Origin: Pyrodictiaceae archaeon
GTDB taxonomy: Archaea > Thermoproteota > Thermoprotei_A > Sulfolobales > Pyrodictiaceae
Direction: 5' to 3'
Length of the DNA stretch: 64,000 bases
Assembly (NCBI GenBank): GCA_027036135.1
Contig: JALVSY010000016.1
Coordinates: 384,001-448,000 of the forward strand
Of the stretch, positions 19,128 through 28,629 are shown one piece after another. Under the pieces are notes generated by a model. It searched no databases. It was given only the letters and a program-made list of their open reading frames with translations, and was not told the DNA's origin. Position numbers and translations under genes: made by a program. Position 1 is the stretch's first letter. Each line of letters opens with the position of its first letter.

Positions 19128-19393
19128 AGATACACCGTAAGGCTAATCGTTTCTTAGAAGAATTATCTATGAATGAGAGGAAAGAGTTGAGGAGAAGATA
19201 AGGGGAGCTCGTGGAGGCGCTTAGGGAAGGCGTCCTACCCTATCGCAGGCTTGATATTCGCAGACTTAGGGGTGAATGGAGGGGATTTCTCCGATTACGT
19301 GTAGGCGATATAAGAATAATATTCAAGCTTGATTTCGAGACCAAGACAGTATACATTTACCATATTCATCGCAGAGAAAGCGCCTATAAATAA
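19112..19393 (+). pseudogene. relE: RelE/ParE toxin, frameshifted
   Basis: ATG 19112 gives MEWSVKIHRKANRFLEEL; a shift near 19180-19205 leads to IRRLRGEWRGFLRLRVGDIRIIF...IHRRESAYK. Confidence 0.75.
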
Positions 19394-19436
19394 CAATCCT
19401 CTACCTATTCGATAACATGAGATGAGGCTATCTGTG

Positions 19437-19892
19437 CTATTCTCCTTCTTTTAGTAGTGAGTGTATGGCTTTGTACGAGTCTATTGCTTCGTGTAGGGAT
19501 ATGAGTGTTGCGAGCAGGAGTACGGTTACTGCGACTGGGTCGTGGCCTGGGAGGATCGAGTAAGTGATGGTCGCGGCTCCCAGGAATGCTGTTAGTGCGA
19601 GGCTCCGGGGAACTAAGCGCCCATGTAGTATTAGGTAGGCCTTTAGGAAGCCTCTTCTAGGTGGTACTGCTACGTAGCCGCCCTGCTCCCTTTTCACGAG
19701 GCCTAGTTGCTCTAGTCTCTCGAGGTGGTGTCTAGCGGTGCTGGGGCTTCTGAGCCTGAGTGCTCTCTGTAGCTCCCTTACCCCCATGGGTTTACGGGAG
19801 CGTAGGAGGACGAGGTAGGCTCTAAGCGCTGTACCGCTAAGCTCTAGTAGTGGGTCGAGGCTCCTAGTCTCTAGCCTATCTTTATCCTCCAT
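19437..19892 (-). CDS. Winged HTH regulator with two C-terminal TM helices
   Basis: GVRELQRALRLRSPSTARHHLERLEQLGLV followed by a hydrophobic C-terminus. Confidence 0.75.
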   Translation of the reverse strand: MEDKDRLETRSLDPLLELSGTALRAYLVLLRSRKPMGVRELQRALRLRSPSTARHHLERLEQLGLVKREQGGYVAVPPRRGFLKAYLILHGRLVPRSLALTAFLGAATITYSILPGHDPVAVTVLLLATLISLHEAIDSYKAIHSLLKEGE

Positions 19893-20569
19893 GCCATGTA
19901 CACCAGCACGGCGGCAGCAATAGCGGAGCCAAGGACTACACCGAGGCGCTCGCTAGGGCTAAGCCCTGCTCCCCGCCCAGTATGCTCTGCACCAGGCATA
20001 GATACTGGTGTCGCTGTTGATGCCGAGGCACTACTATACCGTGTTTCTCGTGCCGTTGTAGCACTCTTCGTCGCTTCCGCGGTCGTCATGGTCGGGGTAA
20101 TAGTTGTCCTAGTTACCTTCGCTACCAGTCTCGTGGTCGTCGTGGCTACTTGGCTAGAGAGCCTCTGAGTAACATTATTGATACTAGTGATGATGCTCTC
20201 CTTCTCAATGGTTTTCCTCGGCGAGGCCTTGGCCTGCGCAACTATGGTAAAGCCTAGTGGCAGGTACATGGTGCCAGGGCTCTCCCCGATTATTTTTCCG
20301 AGGCACTGCGCGATACTAGCCCTGCTATACTCGGCGCCACGGGGTGCATAGATTATTACGAGGCTGGGCCCCTTAGTATGGTTAGAGGCGTAGATAGCGG
20401 CTTTAAGGGAGCCATTGCACTCAATGGTCTCTACGAGGTCTAGGTGCTTAGCAGACAAGTTCCCCGCCATATAGATAGCAACGGCTCGGTATCCTTTCTC
20501 GGCATGGGCTATTGCGTAGAGCGTGCCCAGGACTAGTAAAACAGCGACAATGACTAAGCCTCTCTGCAA
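19871..20569 (-). CDS. Surface protein with signal peptide, Thr-rich stalk and C-terminal TM anchor
   Basis: Hydrophobic N- and C-termini with a T/S-rich linker. Confidence 0.7.
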   Translation of the reverse strand: MQRGLVIVAVLLVLGTLYAIAHAEKGYRAVAIYMAGNLSAKHLDLVETIECNGSLKAAIYASNHTKGPSLVIIYAPRGAEYSRASIAQCLGKIIGESPGTMYLPLGFTIVAQAKASPRKTIEKESIITSINNVTQRLSSQVATTTTRLVAKVTRTTITPTMTTAEATKSATTARETRYSSASASTATPVSMPGAEHTGRGAGLSPSERLGVVLGSAIAAAVLVYMAWRIKIG

Positions 20570-20706
20570 AATAGTGTCGCCTCCCCAAGTACTACTAGCC
20601 AGGGACTAGGAGGCCCTATTAGTCTAGGGTATCGAACACCTCGTTCTACTCCCTTAGCTTTAGAGGAACAAGTCCCCCAGTATAGCCTGGAGAAGGTGAA
20701 ATCGTT

Positions 20707-23028
20707 ATGAGTAGTCCACAACCCCAGCTAATGGTTGCACTCGTTACCATAGTAGCGCTTGTAGCAGGGATAGTCATTGGAGGCCTCTACTTCGGGGCAC
20801 TAAGCAAACCCAGTACAATAACTGTGCAGGGAAGCAGTACCTATACTAGCACAGCTACCGCTACAGGCCAAGCACGGACCAACGCCTCCGTATCTGGTAT
20901 CACGGAGGCATCGTTGCCGGGGTTATCATTGTCCTGGAATCAGGTAGAGAAGCTAGCAAGCATACTAGGCGCAGGGAGAGAGACGCAGACACCAGTATAC
21001 GTGCCAGCTGTAACAGTTGCTACGCCTACGTTTACATTTATCCCGGCTTATGCCTCGGGGATCGCCCCCTTAAAGGGTGCCGAAACGTCGACGTCTCAGA
21101 TAGCTGAGGTACAGCAACAGCTATCCGAGCTAGTAATGCAGCCAGCAGAGGTAACGTTACCGAGCGGCGCTCGTCTCTACTATAGTGGTACTAATGTTCA
21201 GGTTAGTGGCGTGGATGAACCAGACATAGTCAAGACTAATGGAATACACATATTCATTGCTCGGGGCCAGCTGGTTGAGATATACCGTGCTTATCCCGCT
21301 AAGGAGCTAGCATTACTAAACACTATTAATATCAAGAAGATAGTTGAGGGGCTTGCTGGCAAGGAGTACTTAGCACTAGTAACTAATAACAAGACGCAAA
21401 TAATAGCGCCTATAAAGAGAAGCGTCTACATACCAGGACTCTTCACGAAAGGCGACAAAGTCATAGTAGTGGCGACTGAGACTCGTTGGCCCGGCCCACT
21501 ACAGCCAAGAACCTGGATCCTAGTCCTAGATGGTAGCGGTAAGGTGGTCCACTACGCTGTTATGGATGGCTACTTCTACGACGCGAGGCTAAGCAATGAG
21601 ACACTCGTGCTGGTAATGAGCCTGGGTAACATAGTCCGCCCAATACTCTTCCTAGGCCCCTCTAGAGCCATAGCGCCGGCACCGGTGCTCGTCGGTGCAC
21701 CCACGGTTCAGACAGTGGTCGCGAGCATAGACCTAGAGACATGGAATGCCTCAACAATCTCGCTGGTAGGTGCTACGCCCTCCTCGCTATACATGACTCC
21801 TAGCGGCGATATCTACGTAGTACTACCTGGCTCGATAGAGGAGCTACAGAAGCTGGCCTCGATGAGCCCCGAGGAGGCGGCGAAGAAGCTTAAGGAGCTA
21901 GTCATGCGCAGATACTATGAGAACTCAACAATACTGCACCTAAGAGTAAGCAAGGGCGCCGGGCTAGAACTAGTAGCAACAGGCAGTGTTCCCGGGCGTA
22001 TATGGAAGCAGTGGATGCTAGACGTGTACAACAACACCTTACGGATAGTCACGGAGAGCTGGGAGGGAGGCCTAAGAGTAAGCCTCTACATACTAGACGC
22101 CGAGACACTAAAGCCCATAGGTATGCTGAGAAACATAGCCCTCAACGAGAGAGTGTATGCAATAAGATTCATCGGTGACACCTTGTACCTCGTGACCTAT
22201 CGCAGCATCGACCCCTTGTTCGCGATAGATCTAAGCAACCCAGCCAAGCCGCGAGTAATAGGCTACGTGAAGTCACCCGGCTTTGACGAATACCTACACC
22301 CCGTTACGAAGAACTTGCTGATAGGCGTGGGGCGAGAAAAGGGATGGGTAAGACTAACACTCTACCAAATAATGAGTAACCGCAGCGTAGCGATAACAGA
22401 GAGGCTCTACCTAAAGGGCTACACGTGGAGCCCAGTACTAGATACTAGGAGAGGACACAGAGCCTTCACTCTAGACCCGCTACACGGCTACATACTGATA
22501 CCAGTGAGGATATGGAGATGCTACTCGGCACAGGAAGGCATAGCAGTGGTAAAACTATACACAAAGAAGCCCGACATAAGACTAGTAAGAGTTCTCCCGC
22601 ACAGGTACCCTGACCGCGCACTATTCATAAACGATACAATATACAGTGTCTCTTCTACAAACCCCGTTGAGAGAGTAAAAGCCTTCAACGCGAAGACGCT
22701 GAAGGAGATAGCCTCAGCGCCAAAGCCCCTAGCAGCGACAATAGCACAGATAACAAGTAACCCAGAGAACTTCCAAGACAAGGCAGTAATTATCAGGGGC
22801 AAGTCGCTGCTCTGGAAAGGCCTAGACTACGCACCACCCGTCTCGAAGAGCGACTGGGTACTCGACGACAGCACGGGCAGAATATACGTGGCAGCTTACT
22901 CGCCATACCAGTGCAAAGGCACAGCACCCCCCGAGGGAGCAGAGGTAGAGGTAGTAGGGATAGTGAAGATGAGCTGGACAAAGCACCCCTACATAGTACC
23001 AGTCGAGGTAAAAATAGTCAGGAAGTAA
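20707..23028 (+). CDS. Secreted beta-propeller domain protein with a C-terminal OB-fold-like domain
   Basis: TNVQVSGVDEPDIVKTNG, ERVYAIRF..YLVTYRSIDPLFAIDLSNP and PGFDEYLHP motifs. Confidence 0.85.
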   Translation: MSSPQPQLMVALVTIVALVAGIVIGGLYFGALSKPSTITVQGSSTYTSTATATGQARTNASVSGITEASLPGLSLSWNQVEKLASILGAGRETQTPVYVPAVTVATPTFTFIPAYASGIAPLKGAETSTSQIAEVQQQLSELVMQPAEVTLPSGARLYYSGTNVQVSGVDEPDIVKTNGIHIFIARGQLVEIYRAYPAKELALLNTINIKKIVEGLAGKEYLALVTNNKTQIIAPIKRSVYIPGLFTKGDKVIVVATETRWPGPLQPRTWILVLDGSGKVVHYAVMDGYFYDARLSNETLVLVMSLGNIVRPILFLGPSRAIAPAPVLVGAPTVQTVVASIDLETWNASTISLVGATPSSLYMTPSGDIYVVLPGSIEELQKLASMSPEEAAKKLKELVMRRYYENSTILHLRVSKGAGLELVATGSVPGRIWKQWMLDVYNNTLRIVTESWEGGLRVSLYILDAETLKPIGMLRNIALNERVYAIRFIGDTLYLVTYRSIDPLFAIDLSNPAKPRVIGYVKSPGFDEYLHPVTKNLLIGVGREKGWVRLTLYQIMSNRSVAITERLYLKGYTWSPVLDTRRGHRAFTLDPLHGYILIPVRIWRCYSAQEGIAVVKLYTKKPDIRLVRVLPHRYPDRALFINDTIYSVSSTNPVERVKAFNAKTLKEIASAPKPLAATIAQITSNPENFQDKAVIIRGKSLLWKGLDYAPPVSKSDWVLDDSTGRIYVAAYSPYQCKGTAPPEGAEVEVVGIVKMSWTKHPYIVPVEVKIVRK

Positions 23029-23099
23029 GCCCGGTAAGAAACGCTCCCTTAGTTATTTTCACGGATAAGCCCTTTTTCAGCGGAGATGGTGATACGTTC

Positions 23100-23507
23100 T
23101 TACTCCTTTTTCTGGCCAAGCTCCTCCCTTAGTCTGGCAAGGAACTCTTCCCGGTCAACAATAGCCCTCTCGTGCACACCGTGCCCTATCTTCTTGCCAT
23201 TCCACCACGCTTCTACCCAGAACAAGAGCCTCCTGCCATCAACGCTTAGGAGCTCTGCACGCACCTCCACCTCGGCCCCAATTGGAGCAGCCCTCAGATG
23301 CCTCACATCAACACCTATCCCAACCGTGGTCTTTCCCTCTGGCAGGTACTTCTGCGCGAGCTCCAGCGCAGTAGACTCCATGAAGAGTATCATGGAGGGA
23401 GTAGAGAGGACAGCGACATCTCCAGAACCTAGGTGGCTAGCAGCATGCTCCTCCCTAACCACAAACCTCTTTGTGTGAGCCAGTCCCTTCACGAGCCCAG
23501 AAGCCAT
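23100..23507 (-). CDS. FlK-like hotdog-fold thioesterase
   Basis: GSGDVAVLSTPSMILFME, TTVG..V.HLRAAPIG and G.HER motifs. Confidence 0.88.
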   Translation of the reverse strand: MASGLVKGLAHTKRFVVREEHAASHLGSGDVAVLSTPSMILFMESTALELAQKYLPEGKTTVGIGVDVRHLRAAPIGAEVEVRAELLSVDGRRLLFWVEAWWNGKKIGHGVHERAIVDREEFLARLREELGQKKE

Positions 23508-23761
23508 GGCTCTGCAACCCCCGTCTTATCCGGGGAAACCATGTACTAGTATTGCCGGTAGGGCTATACAAGGCCAATGTCGCTGATAATCAGCCTCGTT
23601 TTCTCCTCATCTAGGGGGAGAAATAAGGCTCTTCAGCGAGGAGATAATAGGGTTAGCATGGGAGGCCCCGCTGACAGGGCCGAGGAGGGCCCATTTTCCG
23701 GGGAGGAGGCGGGGCCGGGATCTTCTCGCCCCATCATTGTCTTCGAGGAGATGGTGGAGCG

Positions 23762-24160
23762 GTGGAGGGCTTGGATGGCTACGAGGCTGGTTTGCGTGCC
23801 TATGCAGTGTTGCTTATACTGGGGGGGAGTGCCGAGGAGGCGTTGAGGCGGTTATCCGAGTACTATGGTGTTCCTGCTCCGCGCCTAAGGGTTGGGCTGC
23901 CTAAGAGGCATGCCCGTGCACTTGGGTGCTACGAGCCGGGGCGTAGGCTGATATGTTTGCGTAGCTCCCGTGAGTACCGTGACCCCTTCGTGGTTCTTCA
24001 CGAGTTTTATCATCACTTGCGTAGCGCTAGGGCAGAGTTCGCTGGGAGCGAGAAAAGCGCCGACAACTATGCTCTTAGCTCGATAAGGCTTTGTCTCCAC
24101 ATATATGGCGAGGAGTGTAGAAAAGCCCTTCGTGAGGCTAGGGAGCTAGGCCTTGTATAG
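23762..24160 (+). CDS. Hypothetical zincin-like protein
   Basis: ALGCY...VVLHEFYHHL...EKSADNYA. Confidence 0.7.
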   Translation: MEGLDGYEAGLRAYAVLLILGGSAEEALRRLSEYYGVPAPRLRVGLPKRHARALGCYEPGRRLICLRSSREYRDPFVVLHEFYHHLRSARAEFAGSEKSADNYALSSIRLCLHIYGEECRKALREARELGLV

Positions 24161-25186
24161 CCAGCACGCTACCCAGTGATTAGTCTCCACCTCTACTAGT
24201 GGCGGCTCTTCTCTCCGGCAGCGATCAAAGGCCTTGGGGCATCTTGGGTGGAATCTGCATCCGGGCGGCGGGTTTATCGGGCTCGGTGGCTCGCCTATAA
24301 CCTTTATCGCTGGCTTCCTCTTGGCCAGCTCTGGGTCTGGTATCGGTATCGAGGCTAGCAGCATCTGTGCATATGGGTGGAGTGGTTTCTCGAATACCTC
24401 CTCGGCTGGGCCTAGCTCAACTATCTTGCCGACGTACATCACGGCTATGTAGTCGCTCATATACCTTACAACGCCTAGGTCGTGGCTTATGAATAGGTAT
24501 GTGAGGTTCCTTGAGCGCTGTAGCTCCTTGAGCAGGTTCAGTATTTGCGCCTGCACTGATACATCGAGAGCAGAGGTTGGCTCATCTAGTACGAGGAACT
24601 CTGGGTTAACAGCTAGTGCCCTAGCGATTGCTATTCTCTGTCTCTGCCCGCCACTAAACTCGTGAGGATACCTATAAACATGTGTCTCGTTGAGCCCTAC
24701 CTCCTCGAGCAGCTTCACTATGTAGGAGTAGGGGTCGTCGGGGACCATGTGGTGTACCTTTAGGGCCTCCATTATTATGTCGTAGACTGTTTGTCTCGGG
24801 TCAAGGCTGCCATAGGGGTCCTGAAACACCATCTGAGCCTTCTTGCGGAACTCCTTGAGCCTCTTGCCACGGAGCTTTGTTATATCCCGGCCCTCGAAGT
24901 ATATCTTGCCCCCAGTTGGCTCAATGAGCTTTAACAATAATCGTCCAACAGTTGTCTTACCGCTACCACTCTCCCCGACCAAGCCCAGCGTCTTACCCTT
25001 CGGAATCATAAACGATACGTCATCAACAGCCCTCACGTAGCCAACTACACGGAATATACCTCTCACCGGGAAGTACTTCTTAAGATGATAAGCGATTACT
25101 AGGGGCTCCTCGCCCGGGAAGAGCCTGCTAAGCGCATTAGCGGCCTCCATGTATTCCCCACTATACTGTTCCGAGACGAGAGCCAA
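24146..25186 (-). CDS. dppF: Oligopeptide/dipeptide ABC transporter ATP-binding protein
   Basis: GESGSGKT, FSGGQRQR, LDEPTSALDVSVQAQ and PPPGCRFHPRCP motifs. Confidence 0.92.
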   Translation of the reverse strand: MALVSEQYSGEYMEAANALSRLFPGEEPLVIAYHLKKYFPVRGIFRVVGYVRAVDDVSFMIPKGKTLGLVGESGSGKTTVGRLLLKLIEPTGGKIYFEGRDITKLRGKRLKEFRKKAQMVFQDPYGSLDPRQTVYDIIMEALKVHHMVPDDPYSYIVKLLEEVGLNETHVYRYPHEFSGGQRQRIAIARALAVNPEFLVLDEPTSALDVSVQAQILNLLKELQRSRNLTYLFISHDLGVVRYMSDYIAVMYVGKIVELGPAEEVFEKPLHPYAQMLLASIPIPDPELAKRKPAIKVIGEPPSPINPPPGCRFHPRCPKAFDRCRREEPPLVEVETNHWVACWLYKA

Positions 25187-25205
25187 GGGCCTAGTTCACC
25201 CCCTA

Positions 25206-26225
25206 TTACCCAGGTAAGCTCGCTTTCCCGGTATACAGGTGGCATGCTACGCGGTGGCTCTCGTTGACCCATATCTCGGGTGGTCTCTCTTCCCTACAGA
25301 TATCCATGGCGTGTGGACATCTTGGGTGGAATCTGCATCCGGGCGGCGGGTATATCAGATTAGGCACCGTTCCCGGTATCGACTCGAGCTTATCCATTCT
25401 CCTCAACGGATTAGGCACTGCTCTCAACAATAGCCTCGTGTACGGGTGTAATGGGTTCTTGAATAGCTCCTCTGTCGGTGCCTCCTCAACAATTGTTCCC
25501 GCGTACATTACTGCTACTCTGTCACACATCTCAGCGACGAGGCCCATGTTATGGGTTATCAATAGTATGGTGAGTCCTTCCTCCTTCTTGAGCTTGCGCA
25601 GTAGCTCCATTATCTGTGCCTGCACAGTAGCGTCAAGGGCGGTTGTGGGCTCATCGGCTATTACTAGCTTCGGGTTATTCGCAAGAGCAGTAGCTATCAC
25701 CGCTCTCTGCTTCATACCGCCACTGAGCTCGTGCGGGTAGGCCTTTACGCGTCTCTCTGGGTCTGGGATGAGGGTTTTCCGGAGCAACTCCACAGCATGT
25801 GGTATGCCTTCCTTGATCCTCCTAATCCTGCCGTGTACCAGCATTGTCTCGGCTATCTGGTAGCCAATAGTGTAGAGTGGGTCAAGAGCTGTGCCGGGGT
25901 CCTGGAAGATATATGTTATCTCGTTGCCGCGTATCTTCTTAACCTCTTCCTCGCTAAGCGCTAGGATATCGATACGCCTACTCGGCTCAGGGTAATAGTA
26001 GACCTTGCCCTTCTCGATCCTACCTGGTGGAAGTATTAGCTTAGTAAGGGCGCGTGATGTGACGGACTTGCCGCATCCCGTCTCGCCCACGAGGCAATAG
26101 GTTTCGCCGCGCTCGATGCAGAAGCTAACACCCTCAATAGCACGTACCACGCCAGCATATGTGTAGAAATATACATAGAGATCGTGCACCTCTATTATTG
26201 GGTCATTACAGCGTAGCTCAGTCAT
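25206..26225 (-). CDS. dppD: Oligopeptide/dipeptide ABC transporter ATP-binding protein
   Basis: GETGCGKS, LSGGMKQR, ADEPTTALD and GCRFHPRCP motifs. Confidence 0.92.
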   Translation of the reverse strand: MTELRCNDPIIEVHDLYVYFYTYAGVVRAIEGVSFCIERGETYCLVGETGCGKSVTSRALTKLILPPGRIEKGKVYYYPEPSRRIDILALSEEEVKKIRGNEITYIFQDPGTALDPLYTIGYQIAETMLVHGRIRRIKEGIPHAVELLRKTLIPDPERRVKAYPHELSGGMKQRAVIATALANNPKLVIADEPTTALDATVQAQIMELLRKLKKEEGLTILLITHNMGLVAEMCDRVAVMYAGTIVEEAPTEELFKNPLHPYTRLLLRAVPNPLRRMDKLESIPGTVPNLIYPPPGCRFHPRCPHAMDICREERPPEIWVNESHRVACHLYTGKASLPG

Positions 26226-26237
26226 GGCCCCGTCCCC

Positions 26238-27416
26238 CTAGGCCTCTTGCGCCTCCTCCTTGGCCACGATTTTCTTCACCTTGAACTCTATGCTCCTCCT
26301 AGTCCTCGGATCAAATGCGTCTCTCAATGCATCGCCGAGAAGGTTGAACCCGAAGACTGTCAAGAATATGAAGAGAGTTGGAAATGCTACTAGCCACCAT
26401 GCATATGGGAAATACTGGGAGCCATCGTAGATTATGCGGCCCCAATCAGCTAGTGGCGGTACAGCTCCAAGACCGAGAAAGCTTAAAGCAGCCTCTGTCA
26501 GTATGGCACCGCCCAAATCCATTGTTATATATGCCAGTATCGGCCCGATCATATTTGGTAGTATGTGCTTAAGCATTATGCTTAAATCTGATACTCCAAG
26601 GGCCTTAGCAGCCTCTACGTATGTATTCTCCCTCACGCTTAGCGCTGAGCCTCTGACAAGCCTAGTATACCCAGGCCACCATACAGCCCATAGCGCAATT
26701 ATGACTGATAAGAGGCTCGCCAGAGCAGGATAATCTATTCGCTTTACCGCAAATAAATAGCCTAATATCTCGGCTATTTCCATGTGGCGCTTAAACCATC
26801 CCTGGATAGCATAGGGTAATGTAGCTGATAACGCCATTGCGAGGATTAGGCCAGGAAATGCTAGGAACATGTCGGTTATCCTCATTATTACTTCGTCAAC
26901 AATGCCGCCATAGTAACCAGATATTAATCCAAGTATTATGCCTATACCAGAGCCTATGCTAACAACAAGTATTGAAACAAGAAGACTAGTCCGTGCACCA
27001 TAAAGTATTCTGCTCCATAAATCTCGTCCATAGTTATCGCTACCAAGCAAGAACTTAAACTTGCCTGGATGGACACCCATACGTATGCAATAGTCTTTAT
27101 GAGGTATGGTTATTACTGTGCCTGGAGGTGCTAGACGTGCCTTAAGATCGCATAGTACTAGCCCGGTCCTATAGCTTAGCGGAGCTAAATATGGTCCGAA
27201 AATAGCTAGAAATATAAAGAATGCAACGAGAACAGCCCCTGCTATACCGAGCGGCGACCTGTTCAGCGTATAGAACATTAGTTTCCATTCTTCTATACGT
27301 CCTCGGTTTTTGCTTTTCCATCCAGGTTTTACTTTATCCATAAATGATGCATAGGCGTCGATAATAGCATCACTTAGCTTGTCTAGGGGATTCTTTACGT
27401 AAACGTACTCCGGCAT
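26238..27416 (-). CDS. dppC: Peptide ABC transporter permease
   Basis: LLGSDNYGRDLWSRILYGARTSL, YVEAAKALG and NLLGDALRDAFDPR motifs. Confidence 0.92.
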   Translation of the reverse strand: MPEYVYVKNPLDKLSDAIIDAYASFMDKVKPGWKSKNRGRIEEWKLMFYTLNRSPLGIAGAVLVAFFIFLAIFGPYLAPLSYRTGLVLCDLKARLAPPGTVITIPHKDYCIRMGVHPGKFKFLLGSDNYGRDLWSRILYGARTSLLVSILVVSIGSGIGIILGLISGYYGGIVDEVIMRITDMFLAFPGLILAMALSATLPYAIQGWFKRHMEIAEILGYLFAVKRIDYPALASLLSVIIALWAVWWPGYTRLVRGSALSVRENTYVEAAKALGVSDLSIMLKHILPNMIGPILAYITMDLGGAILTEAALSFLGLGAVPPLADWGRIIYDGSQYFPYAWWLVAFPTLFIFLTVFGFNLLGDALRDAFDPRTRRSIEFKVKKIVAKEEAQEA

Positions 27417-27439
27417 GACAAGTCACCTGTTCAAGAACT

Positions 27440-28438
27440 TTAATACCTTACACGTGGATCTATTACACCGTAAAGTATATCTACTAGGAGATTCACCGTG
27501 ATGTATATTATTGCTACGAAGAACACGCCTGCTACCAATGTTAAATAATCAAAGTTGTAGATGGCTTGGAGTAGATAGCGTCCAAGACCCGGTAACCCGA
27601 ATATGGTCTCAATTATCGGGGCCCCTGCAAGAAGTCCACCAAACATTAAGCCAAGTATTGTTATTACTGGTGTTAATGAGTTCTTGAGAATGTGCATGTA
27701 TATTCTACGCTTAGGGAATCCTCTCGCTTCCATAAAGACAACGTACTCGCTGCTCATTGCGTCAAGGAAACTATTTCTCGTGACCCTTGTTATGACGCCT
27801 ATGCCTGCAAGGGCTAGGAGGAATGCGGGTAGCCACATCCTTTTTACGAAGATTAGGAGATAGTGGCAGTCGCATTTGAGGAGGGCATCTATTGGAGGAA
27901 TACCAGTTATCTTATATTTTGGTAAAGGCATTCCAGCGAGGGCGACTAAGCCGTGTGGCTGAAGCCAGAAAATCAAAATATAGGCTATCCCGAATATGGG
28001 CGTCGATATACCTATTAATGCAAATGCTCTTGCTACGTTATCTATCCATGTGTTCCTCTTTATGGCGGACAGTACGCCTAAGGGTATGCCTATTGCAACT
28101 ATTAATATGAACGAGAATAATGTTAATGGGAGTGTTACTTGGAGAAGTCTTGTGGTTATGGATTTCCATATGTTCGTATTTGTTACTGGGCTTATTGCTT
28201 TCCCGGACAATATGTTCTTCATAAAATAGTAGTATTGCACATACCATGGGGAATTTAAGTGGTATTCTTTTATAAGTAACTCTACGGTTTGCTTAGATGC
28301 TTTTATACCACCAGCCCATAGCTGTGCAGGATTACCGGGAATCATTACTGCTATTATAAACACTATGAATGTTGCGCCAATTAGCGTCGGAACGAAGGTC
28401 AGTAATCTTCTTATTAGGAACTTCTTCAGCTCAGCCAC
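27440..28438 (-). CDS. dppB: Peptide ABC transporter permease
   Basis: FLIRRLL, IETIFGLPGLG and NLLVDILYGVIDPRVRY motifs. Confidence 0.92.
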   Translation of the reverse strand: MAELKKFLIRRLLTFVPTLIGATFIVFIIAVMIPGNPAQLWAGGIKASKQTVELLIKEYHLNSPWYVQYYYFMKNILSGKAISPVTNTNIWKSITTRLLQVTLPLTLFSFILIVAIGIPLGVLSAIKRNTWIDNVARAFALIGISTPIFGIAYILIFWLQPHGLVALAGMPLPKYKITGIPPIDALLKCDCHYLLIFVKRMWLPAFLLALAGIGVITRVTRNSFLDAMSSEYVVFMEARGFPKRRIYMHILKNSLTPVITILGLMFGGLLAGAPIIETIFGLPGLGRYLLQAIYNFDYLTLVAGVFFVAIIYITVNLLVDILYGVIDPRVRY

Positions 28439-28573
28439 ACTATCACCGCTGCCCAGGGAGTTTCTTTATATGGTTCTCCTTGCCTCTCCTCTCCTACTGG
28501 CCCCCTATTAGTACTTCCTCGGCTCAGTGCCCTAGCGATACAGATTGTTTATATTCTGCCAAGCGGCGCCGAA

Positions 28574-28581
28574 TATTTAAG
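28574..28581 (+). promoter_or_regulatory. TATA box candidate for the substrate-binding protein gene
   Basis: TATTTAAG about 50 nt upstream of the ORF start in a divergent intergenic region. Confidence 0.4.
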
Positions 28582-28629
28582 GGGGTTCTATTAGTGGTTG
28601 CAATAGTGAGGCTGTAAAGAGAGTGAAAG

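Noticed and set aside
15668-23507. Fluorinase-like (DUF62) gene plus FlK-like thioesterase as an organohalogen pathway, or as part of the RiPP cluster
   Set aside because: Both families are common in archaea. The genes are about 6.6 kb apart, and DUF62 is on the opposite strand to the RiPP operon; it is most simply a SAM hydrolase.
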